Of a DNA stretch of 36,901 nucleotides, positions 10,123 through 20,699 are shown piece after piece. The DNA comes from Octopus sinensis (taxonomy: Eukaryota). The translations under genes were made by a program, and so were the position numbers. The stretch covers positions 1 to 36,901 of the forward strand of contig NW_021836851.1 in NCBI RefSeq assembly GCF_006345805.1. The letters run 5' to 3'. The notes under the pieces are model-generated. The model saw nothing but the letters and a program-made list of their open reading frames with translations. It made no database searches and was not told the DNA's origin. Each line of letters begins with the position of its first letter. The stretch's first letter is position 1.

Positions 10123-11505
10123 TTAAGGGAGTAAGGAGAAGAATCCGGAGACAGGCTTAGTCTTGTGAAGAAAGTCTCGACTGAAGGTGTCTCTGAGGAC
10201 ATCCCTGACAGCAGCCTTACTAAAGTCATCTCGAATGGCTACAATGGACACGACCTGTTCGGGGGTGATCTGGTCGTACTTGTCAATAAACTCCTACACA
10301 TAAGACAGGACAGAACTGTGATCTCAATGAACATCATCGACCTGTCCTCCTGCTTTAACAGTCTGAGCATATCATCCAAAAAGTGGAAAGAAGGGGAGGG
10401 AGGGAACTATCGGCCAGCCGCCCAAACAACGTCTCCAACTTGTGACATGGACTACTGCCCTCTTCCAATTGAGTTTGCTGAGGGATGTGAGGGTGTGGGT
10501 ACAGTGCGTCGACATAGGCCAACAGGAGGTGGTCTCTGAGTCTGTGGAGGAGGGGAGTGGGGTGACAGAGTTTGGAGTAGGAGGTTATTGGAGTTGGCAA
10601 TCATGTAGTGGGTGAAGAGGGGAGGACACTCCTGTCCTGCCGGTGTTGGATTAGACACGTCAGCTCGTCTACTATATATAGGAGGAGTACGTCTGTAGTG
10701 GGGGAGGAAGGAGATGAGGGAGTCGAGGGACACTTCCATTGCCCTTCCCAGGAGAGAATACCCCTCCACTTGCCTTATCACTCTCAATCGTTGTTCGTGC
10801 ATCCCCACCACTGAAATGTACAGACAAGTCAAAATTTATCACTCGAATTGGTCTCGGGCTCTGTCCTCGAATGCCAATCCGCCCTGTCCTGTTCCAGTCC
10901 CTTCCTCATACACCACCCCAATTCCTCTGAGTAGTGGGCCAGGAATCTGCTTAGTCACTCACCATACCCCTCTATCAGTCCCTCCATCACCTCCTCACTC
11001 ACCAATGGCCCACACACTCAAAAGTCATACCCCACCTTTATATCCACGAAGAAACACCCACATCTGCTATATATACTCACTCACTCACACTGCCTTGTCC
11101 AACCAATTAATCAACGACAGCATCTGATTCCCCTCTGCCTCACTCACCAAGTACTCCAACTACTCCTCATTCTCAACACATACTCGCTCACTCACCACCC
11201 TGTGGTAGCACTCACTGTATTCACTCAACATGTTGTACTCACGGGGGAAACATTCCTCACTATACGCCTGGTCACTCACTATAATATACTCCTATCACAC
11301 ACAGGTCCGCCTTCGTCACCTCCACCACACTCTCCAGGTATTTTAGGATCCACGTCTCTCCCCTCTGTCCTCCACTTGACACCCTTCCACTCGTTCCACA
11401 ATGTTTTACCAATCAGTGAGAAAAACGTTTTCTCAGGCATTTTGGTCGTCCTTTTGGCCTAAAGTTTGTCCTTTCAAACAGTTCCTCAAAACTGGCATCA
11501 ATAAT
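10123..11505 (-). pseudogene. EXOC3: Exocyst component Sec6/EXOC3 fragment (5'-truncated, internally deleted), GC-rich, copy 1
   Basis: Spliced translation IDASFEELFERTNFRPKGRPK, DLCVIG-AYSEECFPREYNML, NQMLSLINWL, LIEG-FLAHYSEELGWCMRKGLEQDRADWHSRTEPE, HYMIANSNN, EFIDKYDQITPEQVVSIVAIRDD aligns collinearly with recalled EXOC3 (IDRRILDRKKQTGFVPPGRPK, DLIVAKNLMVQCFPPHY, NEIVSLLTWV, AWLRKALETDKKDWVKETEPE, QYMIAIINN, KYPDIRDDHIGALLAVRGD). Introns are 21-24 nt. Confidence 0.85.
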
Positions 11506-11705
11506 GTCACCGTCCATTGCCGGACCGTACATACTTTAAAACAAAAAAACATATCATTTCAAATAATAATGACTTAATGATGACAATAAATTAAAATTAT
11601 ACCTGAATTCACCATTAAACAGAGCAAAGAATGTATAGTCTGCGTTACCTCTGACTATAGCTAGAGAGACTTGATACTGATTCAGTATGTATAATTACAA
11701 CATTA

Positions 11706-12590
11706 TCTAGAAAGATAAATAATAATCCTATTATTATAAAGAATGATCCTAATATTATAAATACAAATCCCAAAAAGATAAATAACGATCCCAATATTAT
11801 AAATAAAAATTACAAAGTGCGTAAAGTAAGGATAAATAACATATGGAAGACAATGTTTGCAACCGAAAAATACGAAAGACACTCACATTTAATTTATTTA
11901 ATCATTCTAAGATTAAGAAACAATATTCCTGTTAAAGAAATTTCCAAAATAGTTGATATATCACCTTCTGCAATTTACAAAATTTGTAAATTTTCGGATG
12001 AAAATGAAATGTGTTGATTTCTATGCTTATGTACGGTCTAAAGGCCCTAAGAAAAAAGATAACCGTGAAATAATTGAAAAAATTACAAATATTATTATGA
12101 GGATAATTCTTTGACACAATTAGGTGTTAGAGAAGCTTTTTACAAATTAAAACAACAGTATATCCATAAGCAGATCAAAAATCAATAGATTGTTTAAGAA
12201 TCAGATTTAACCAGAAAACGTTTGAAGAAACGTTCAAAAGTTATTCTCACACAAATTCATAAAGATTCTATTAAATATTACGCAACAAAGTTATCAACAT
12301 TCTTTAATAAAAGAATTATTTTTTGGATGAAAGTGGATTCAACTTACATACATCCATTAATTATGGCTATTCTTTACCTAATATTGAACCCTTATTATTT
12401 CAACAAAGTTATAAAGCCAAAATGTATCCTTTTGTGGAATAATGTCATCAATGTTGACATTAAAATTAAATTTTATACGAATTATTTTATAATTTGGGAT
12501 CGTTATTTATCTTTTTGGGATTTGTATTTATAATATTAGGATCATTCTTTATAATAATAGGATTATTATTTATCTTTCTGGGATGCACTG
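11706..12590 (+). mobile_element. Internally deleted IS630/Tc1-like transposon, copy 2 (left terminus missing ~8 nt)
   Basis: Same TIRs and transposase fragment as 9014-9909. The left end reads attat-ctagaaag instead of attatagtgcatcctagaaag. Confidence 0.88.
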
Positions 12591-12697
12591 TAAATATTGT
12601 TGCAATTACAAATAATAATTAAAACAAAAACTAAATAATGACTAGAATTTTTTAACAACACACCCACAAGCACACAAGAGTGACCCACAACCAATAA

Positions 12698-12765
12698 GTC
12701 ACAGTCCGATAAAGAAACACGCCGTTAATGAAACGCAACGGCGTGTTTCATTAACCGACTGTGAC
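12698..12765. repeat. 68-bp hairpin / micro-MITE, copy 2
   Basis: Identical to 10016-10083. Confidence 0.85.
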
Positions 12766-12805
12766 ATTTAATATTTCAAACTTCAAAAAACATGAAAAAA
12801 GTGCA

Positions 12806-15695
12806 TTAAGGGAGTAAGGAGAAGAATCCGGAGACAGGCTTAGTCTTGTGAAGAAAGTCTCGACTGAAGGTGTCTCTGAGGACATCCCTGACAGCAGCCT
12901 TACTAAAGTCATCTCGAATGGCGACAATGGACACGACCTGTTCGGGGGTGATCTGGTCGTACTTGTCAATAAACTCCTACACATAAGACAGGACAGAACT
13001 GTGATCTCAATGAACATCATCGACCTGTCCTCCTGCTTTAACAGTCTGAGCATGTCATCCAAAAAATGGAAAGAAGGGGGAGGGAGGGGACTGTCGGCCA
13101 GCCGCCCAAACAACGTCTCCAACTTGTGGACATGGACTACTGCCCTCTTCCAATTGAGTTTGCTGAGGGATGTGAGGGTGTGGGTACAGTGCGTCGACAT
13201 AGGCCAACAGGAGGTGGTCTCTGAGTCTGTGGAGGAGGGGAGTGGGGTGACAGAGTTTGGAGTAGGAGGTTATTGGAGTTGGCAATCATGTAGTGGGTGA
13301 AGAGGGGAGGGACACTCCTGTCCTGCCCGTGTTGTTGGATTAGACACGTCAGCTCGTCTACTATATATAGGAGGAGTACGTCTGTAGTGGGGGAGGAAGG
13401 AGATGAGGGAGTCGAGGGACACTTCCATTGCCCTTCCCAGGAGAGAATACCCCTCCACTTGCCTTATCACTCTCAATCGTTGTTCGTGCATCCCCACCAC
13501 TGACATGTACAGACAAGTCAAATATTTATCACTCGAATTGGTCTCGGGCTCTGTCCTCGAATGCCAGTCCGCCCTGTCCTGTTCCAGTCCCTTCCTCATA
13601 CACCACCCCAATTCCTCTGAGTAGTGGGCCAGGAATCTGCTTAGTCACTCACCATACCCCTCTATCAGTCCCTCCATCACCTCCTCACTCACCAATGGCC
13701 CACACACTCCAAAGTCATACCCCACCTTTATATCCACGAAGAAACACCCACATCTGCTATATATACTCACTCACTCACACTGCCTTGTCCAACCAATAAT
13801 CAACGACAGCATCTGATTCCCCTCTGCCTCACTCACCAAGTACTCCAACTACTCCTCATTCTCAACACATACTCGCTCACTCACCACCCTGTGGTAGCAC
13901 TCACTGTATTCACTCAACATGTTGTACTCACGGGGGAAACATTCCTCACTATACGCCTGCTCACTCACTATACACCCCTCGACATAAATATTGGTGAATC
14001 TTCAACTTACTTCATTCATACAAAGAATGATTTAATTTTTTCTTCAGATATATTTTAAAATCTGATAAAATTGATAAAAATTAATTTAATTATTTAAATT
14101 TTGAAATTTTGTCTAAGAAATTTGGAAAAACCAACGACTTTCATTGGCATAAAATTTGGTTATTGTGAGATTAATATGTAGAATAACCTCCTTTGCCGAA
14201 TAGATCTCCCAACACCTTTTTTTCATTGACTCAACTAATTTTTCAAGTGTTTTTGGTGGAATAGAATTCCAAATATCTAATAGATTTTTCCTTCAGTGCC
14301 TGAATGTTCTCATTTTTTTTTTGCCTAATTTGAACCTTCATATAAGCCCACAAATGCTCTATCGGATTTAAATCCGGAGATTGCGAAGGCCATTCTAATT
14401 TTTTAATATTTTTTTCGCGAAAATATTGAATAATCATTTTTGATGTATGGCAGGGAGCGATGTCTTGTTTAAAATATAGTCAACAATCCCCATTTTTTGT
14501 ACAGAAAATGGCAAATTATTGGTCAAAATAGATTGATATTTTGCAGAATTAAGCGTTTTGTCTATAAATACCAAATAGCCTACCCCATGATAGGAAAAAC
14601 AACCCCACACCATGACTTTCCCTAATTTTTTATTACATCATAATTTACCTTTTCCAAATTTGACAATTGGAGTAATATTTTCGAATTTATTCATTTCAAA
14701 TTTTTTTCTATGCACAATTTTTCTTTTTTAGATCGGTAATAATTCAAAAATACATTCATCAGAAAAGATTATTGATCTGAAATCATGGTCTGAAATTTGA
14801 AGAAATTTTTGGACAATCTCGAATCTGGAAACCATGTGTTTTTTTGTTAGAAGTGGTTTTTTCTTTGCAATTCTTCCGAAAATTCCATTTTTATTTAAAT
14901 TTCGTATTATGGTTCGAGACGAGACACGTGTTCCAGAAAACTTTTCTATTTCATTAGAGAGTTCAGAAGCAGTTAAAGATGAATTTTCCTCTGATGTGCC
15001 TACCAAATGATTAATTTGCACATTATTCAAAATTGATAGTCTTCCAGAACCATGTTGGCGGTCATATGATCCAGTTTTATTGTATTTCTTGATAAAATTT
15101 ACGACTGTTGAATATGGAACACCGGTTTCTTTAGAAATTTTAATATATGACATATTTAAGTCGTATAGCGCAATTATTTTCCCTTTCATAAACGAATCGA
15201 GAGTATTATATCTAAAAATTTTTTTATAAGATCAATCTCTAAATACTAGCATAATTTGACGGTTTAAATTTTATAACCAATTTTTATGTCACTAACCTAA
15301 TTGCCGACATGCTTTAAATTTCTTGCAATATTAAAATTTAAATCTATTTTAATTATAAATACAAAAAAATATTATTTTAGAAGATCTAAAGGATCTTAAA
15401 GTATGAATTTATTCGTTTTTAAATGAAAAAAGCAGGAAAGATTAATAACCAAATTTTTTGTCGAGGGGTGTATTACTCCTATCACACACAGGTCCGCCTT
15501 CGTCACCTCCACCACACTCTCCAGGTATTTTAGGATCCACGTCTCCTCCCCTCTGTCCTCCACTTGACACCCTTCCACTCGTTCCACAATGTTTTCACCA
15601 ATCAGTGAGAAAAAACGTTTTCTCAGGCATTTTGGTCGTCCTTTTGGCCTAAAGTTTGTCCTTTCGAACAGTTCCTCAAAACTGGCATCAATAAT
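12806..15695 (-). pseudogene. EXOC3: Sec6/EXOC3 fragment, copy 2, split by a Tc1 insertion in a micro-intron
   Basis: Duplicate of 10123-11505. The 5' part (15473-15695) reads KRFFSLIGENIVERVEGCQVEDRGEETWILKYLESVVEVTKADLCVIG. It has the same internal deletion as copy 1. Confidence 0.85.
13973..15470 (-). mobile_element. Full-length Tc1 (DD34E) transposon, 1498 bp
   Basis: TA target duplication (13971-72 and 15471-72). 23-bp imperfect TIR CACCCCTCGACA(T/A)AAA..TTGGT. Transposase at 14171-15310 with HTH, GRL, SDE, VMVWGC, QDIAPCH and WPSQSPDLNPIEHLW; 34 residues separate the second D from E. It carries one in-frame TAA and two probable homopolymer frameshifts. Confidence 0.95.
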
Positions 15696-15897
15696 ATATT
15701 AATTACAACCTTGTCCAAAGATTTCATACGAAATCCAGATTGAAATAACTTTTTTTTCAAAATTCATGAAATTTCCAATACATAGTATAATCTGAATTGA
15801 ATTAAAAATTATTACTTTCATAATTTCTGCTAAATTATGTGATTTTCCGATTTGATTTATATTCTTTTTTATGTTGGATATGCTCTGAAAAGATATA

Positions 15898-17109
15898 CAG
15901 TGAAACCTCTCGAATCCGCCGCTTCTCGAATCCGCTTGTTTTAATCAAAAATTTGATATTTCTTATGAATGATTCTTGAATCCGCTCCTCAAGTATTATG
16001 AAAAATAATTTTTTATTAACATTTTAAAATTTTTATTACACGTTAAATTGTATTTTTGTAATGCGTCGTTGTGTTAGACTTTCTATCAACGAAAAAATTT
16101 ATATACTACGTTATATTTCTGACAACCCATTTGTTTCTGCACCTCAAATTTCCAGGATTTTTTCTTCACGATTAAAAAAGAAAATTTTTCCGAAAACTAT
16201 AAACGACCTTAAATCAAAATCGGACCTTTTGAATAGGACTGATGTCAAAAATTAAACATAATGAGAATTCCAAAACTCAAATTTAATGAAATTGATGTAG
16301 CGATGATAACATGGATTGACTTAATGGAATCTAGTGGAGCAATTCTATCAGATTCGATGTTAATTGCAAAAGCTCTTAAATTTTGAAAAAATTTTCCAGA
16401 ATTTAAAGCAAGTCGTGGGTGGCTAGAAAAGTTTAAATTACGAAATGGTATCAAGTCAGAAAATTTCATGGAGACACTGGATCAGTAAATCATGATGAAA
16501 AATCTATTGCTGATTTTAATGAAACAATCAGTTTAAAAACTGAACAATATGGATTGGACAATGTCTATAATTCAGATGAAAGTGGTGTTTTTTACAAGGC
16601 GATTTGTTCTAAACATGTGTGCACTAAATCAAGGCCTGGAATAAAGTTATTGAAGGATCGATTTTCTTTACTATTATGCGCAAATTGTTCTGGTTCCGAT
16701 AAAAGAAGGCCTGTAATGATAGGAAGATTTAAAAGTCCAAGATGTTTTAAAAATTTCAACATTGGAAAATATGTTACCTACACCCATTCCAATAAGACAT
16801 GGATGAACCCTGAAATTTTTAACAAGTGGCTCAGTTATTTTGATTGTGAACTTGCGAAGCAAAAAAGAAAAATTCTACTTGCAATAGATAGATGATCTCT
16901 AAAATATTATGCGAATTGAGGAAATGTTATAAAATTTCTGATAATTTGAATATAAATAATTTGTGTATTCAGTCATTTGTATATAAAAAGAAATATTTAA
17001 TCTATATTGTAAGTTCATGTTTTAACTATAAAATTTTATTTAAATTGCCTCTCGAATCCGCCGATTTTTTGGTCGGTCCCAAAATCGGCGGATTAGAGAG
17101 GTTTTACTG
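15898..17109 (+). mobile_element. pogo/Tigger-type transposon, C-terminally deleted
   Basis: TA flanks. 24-bp TIR CAGT(G/A)AAACCTCTC(G/T)AATCCGCCG. CENP-B-like HTH (FKASRGWLEKFKLRNG) and DDE_1 motifs (NSDESGVFYK, KDRFSLLLCANCSG, WMNPEIF, ILLAID), truncated after the second D. Confidence 0.92.
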
Positions 17110-17111
17110 TA

Positions 17112-17450
17112 ATTAAATTCCAGATTGTTGAGAGAAACTCCTCTGTTTACATCTTTCAAAAAACTATAGTCAACTGGAGATTGAACAAATAGAACTTTAT
17201 TATTATTAACCCTTAAGCTTGCATAATATTGCAAACCCGACACAAAACAGTCATAGCTAACTGATCGAGTGAAGAAGCCAAGGAAGAAGGAACTGTCCGT
17301 GCTGATCAACATTAACCTCCAAATCTTTAATACAGCTTTCCGGATTTAATGAGAAGTGGGGAATATCTGGTTCGCCCAGTTCCATTTGTCAGCTTCCTAC
17401 CGTCGCCCACCACACGTCATTTGTTCCTGGAAAAGTTTTACATACTGAAA
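17112..17450 (-). mobile_element. Possible degenerate non-LTR reverse transcriptase remnant
   Basis: HSISYDCFVSGLQYY and SFLKDVNRGV loosely match the RT motifs FDSVxHxxLLxKLxxYG and VxxGVPQG. The frame appears to continue across the empty site of the Tigger element. Confidence 0.3.
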
Positions 17451-17789
17451 ATTTTTTTATGGTAAGTGATCAAATGGATCTTTTTTAACGTCTAATCAAA
17501 AAAATGTATCGGATCTCTTATTTAATACAATAATTCATCATTAATAAAAATATTATTTATTTACTAAAAAGTTTTTAAATTAATTTTGTATGGTTGACCT
17601 TATTAGAATCATTTTTAGGATGTCACTTTTGTTGCTATTGTTTATTGTTATCTCTTAGTTTTTGTTTAACAATTTTACATAATTTTTAACATCGGAATTC
17701 TCTACAAATACCGCTATTTCAAATGCATTATTCTGATCTAACCACGAAAGTTATATTTATCGATAAAAAATGTTATTTGACTGGTTTCT

Positions 17790-18180
17790 GGTGAAAGACT
17801 GGTTTCTGGTAGTATACCCAGACAAAACGGAAATAACTACCATATCCAGCCTTGGAACCAGAAAGGAAGAGAAGTGGAGAACATGCAAGAAAGTTTGATC
17901 TTTTCTTGAGGACTCTGAGGATGTTATTTAAAGAAAAGTGCTGGCTTTTGCTTCCTTTAAAAAACGTGGTCGATCTGGATGAAGCACAAACACATAGGAA
18001 ACCGCCTTTGAATTCGACTGTACAACTCATTTGTCTAACCAATCCTGCCGTACAACGAATTAGAAAACCTCAATTTTTTACACAGATGATCTGGACGATA
18101 CTGCACAAAACAGGGGAGGGTGGAGAAGACTAGCAGAGTGGATTCTGAGTCGCGTGGCAAAAGTGGAATCTTCGTTAACT
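17790..18180 (+). mobile_element. RTE-type non-LTR retrotransposon 3' remnant
   Basis: Frameshifted KTEITTI...IRLYNSFVxPILPYN...DTAQNRGGWRRL, typical of an RTE ORF C-terminus. Confidence 0.6.
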
Positions 18181-18199
18181 TTTTTAATTTGCGAGAATT

Positions 18200-19330
18200 G
18201 CATTAATAATATGATCCAGGAACTTGGCATCTTTTTTTCTTCATAATATCGTCTATATCTGTTGTGAAATCCTGATTTACCGTCAATCTTAGATTCTCAC
18301 TTAGGTGAGTGTGGTAATTGTTTTGTACATGTTCATTAAAGTGAAAAGTTGTTCACATAGATATGTACTTTCAAAGAAATACTGTTATTTTCCGTTTACT
18401 TTCTGTTCAATGTTTTCAATATTCGAATGTAACGAAAATTACACTTTTTAAACAAGAAAATGCTCAATGCTTCCCTTCGTCAATTGTGTTTCCCATAACA
18501 TAAGTTTCACTGCAAAAGCTTGTATCATTTTAAATATTGTGTAATAACATTCTTTCGGCCTTGCCAACTTGTGTTAAGGGTGTTGAGATATTCTGTAATG
18601 TCTACCAAAAATGTTAAGTCTAGCAACCAATCAAGAGATCCAATTTGTTAAAAGACTTGCTGTTGCAAAAATGAAGTGTTTAATTTTTTCTCAAAAATCT
18701 TATCGATACTACACTTCGATGTAACCGCTTTACTGCGGAATGATGTGGCAATCTAAGTAAAAATAATATCGCTGAGAAAATTTTTGAATTGAGGGTGATT
18801 TAGACCTCTGACACGAATAAAATTTACTTTTCGGATAAACACTTTTATTACATTTCCGTTTTTAACAATTCAGTGCAGAGTACCTCGTTGTGCAAAATAT
18901 AGTAAATTTATCTGTGACCGTAAAATTCTCGTCCACACCACAAATGAATATAGCCCCAACTGAACCACAACCATAATGTCAGTGTTCTCGTATAACGATA
19001 GAAAAGTTAATGAATGAACTGATTTATGTCGTGAGTTTATTATGGAAATCAGTGGCCAGATCCGAAATCTTATTCGCCAAAGTATTTCTTGTAAGGCTGA
19101 TACTTACCAAATAAGATCGATAATTGATGGTATGATTTCTGTAGCCTTCATAATACATGATTTTATAAATCACTATCACTATAAAGTTTTATAAATCAAT
19201 ATAAGGCTTTATAAATCACCCGAGAAATAAGTTTTGACAGGTGCCTCACTATCGTCTCAAAATTTGACAAAAAAGATTGCTAATCCTGCAAAAATGCAAT
19301 TAGTGCATCGTGCTTATTCTTTCCCATTTT
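18200..19330 (-). mobile_element. hAT (GTF2IRD2/SPIN/Buster-like) transposase remnant
   Basis: ISLTRNTLANKISDLA, FSIVIRENTDI, KVNFIRVRGLNHPQFKNFL, LPHHSAV and WLLDLTFLVDITEYLNTLN match Buster-clade motifs. Many stops and frameshifts. Confidence 0.85.
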
Positions 19331-20356
19331 CCCATCAAGTTATTATATTCTCGAACATTATAAGATTTGTAAAATTTTAACAGATTTATGATTCCGTGAT
19401 ATTACAGATTTCAGAATACGAGTCAAACAAAGATGAGTCTAAAATCATGATTCAATCCGAAAAACGCAGAATTTTTGAAAACTCCGAAAAAAAGTGAAAA
19501 AAAGATAAATTGTGCAAAAATTTGGAACTATTTAAATAGTTTTTGTGTCCAAATTAAAGCCAAAAGATTTTCAAAAAATATCAAAGATGTTGTAAACCAA
19601 GAAAAAATTTTAATCCACTCAATGCTGAAAATTGGAGGATCTTGTGTTTCTAAAATAAAAAAATGGTAAAGAGTGTTTTTGGAAGGTTTATCGTCTTGTT
19701 GATATTATGGCAGGGAATACCTTCGGACATTAATTTGTATAAAACCGCCATAGTCACATCATTTATTGGGTCAATTTGAAAGTTAAGCTTTGAGCAATCG
19801 CACTTTGGGCACTTTTTATCTCAAATAACGAGACGAAATCCTCTATTTATACTTGTAAAATACGTGCATATACGCGAATATCATTTTAGTAAACTCAACA
19901 GATTTATAAACATATGTGAGTGATATGAGTGATAATGATAAGATATTCTGGTTGTTGTTTTTCACAGAAATATCGGTTCTGATTTTTGTATCCATCGAAG
20001 GGCTGGATAGTCACACAAATTGGGTCCTTGGGCTGTAAGTTTTAATGGTTTAATTACATGACTATACTTCACTGCATTGAAGTGTGTTTGAAATTAATAT
20101 TTACTAGGGTACTTTAATTATGTAATATTGTGTTATAAATTATAACATAAATTATAACTTATAATTTAAACTAAATGGAACATCACTAGTAAAACGCGTT
20201 TAAGTTTGGACGATCACTAAAAGGCAGAATGGGTAAGTGCCTTTGGTCATCTATCTGAAAATTTGTTATTTACTTTCAATGTCCGGGTTCTCTTTATAGA
20301 AGCGTTTTTTCTCCGCTTATATTCAATGTCTTTCAAAGCACAACCACCTGGATATA

Positions 20357-20405
20357 CAGTGGGCCCAAAAAGTCATGGCACCACTTAATAAATTTTTGTC
20401 CCCTG
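20357..20405. mobile_element. 49-bp Tc1-like micro-element
   Basis: TA-CAGTGGGCCCAAAAAGTCATGGCACCACTT...TTTTTGTCCCCTG-TA. The left end is a typical Tc1 TIR start; the right end is a degenerate inverted copy. Confidence 0.4.
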
Positions 20406-20699
20406 TAGTTGAGTTTTGTCCCTTGTCCCTTCGAAGAGTCTAGATAGGTTTTCACATACTCTGAGACAATTCTTTCTTTTATAAAGACCGAGAAGATTAT
20501 TTTTACTTTTGTATTATTAATAATTCCTAATTTTCATAGACCACTTAGACATGTTTCAAGCAACTTTGTGACGTTATTTCAATTTCAATGAGCGTTATCA
20601 TATTCCTAGTCTTGTAAATATATTCTGGTTGTTGTTTTTTACAGCAATATCGGTTCTGATTTTTGTATCCACTTTTATTTGCCCATGAATTGAACAGAG

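Larger units (their letters stand above)
8897..15695 (+). repeat. Tandem segmental duplication: unit 1 ~8897-11587, unit 2 ~11588-15695 (unit 2 includes a 1.5-kb Tc1 insertion)
   Basis: Near-identical sequence at an offset of ~2690 bp (for example, ttaaaattatacctgaattcacc at 8900 and 11591). Unit 2 is interrupted at 13973-15470 and similarity ends at 15695. Confidence 0.95.

Noticed and set aside
10165-10539. Plus-strand ORF containing VISMNIIDLSSCFNSL, superficially like an RT DLSKAFD motif (also at 12848-13300)
   Set aside because: It is the antisense shadow of the Sec6 C-terminus, which aligns far better on the minus strand.
19160-19220. Three copies of tttataaatca
   Set aside because: Local slippage duplication inside the decayed hAT, with no functional signal.
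8502-19330. Idea that the hAT end at 8502 and the hAT transposase at 18.2-19.3 kb bound one giant element carrying the Sec6 array
   Set aside because: The terminus faces left (its element lies at <8502), so the orientation is incompatible.
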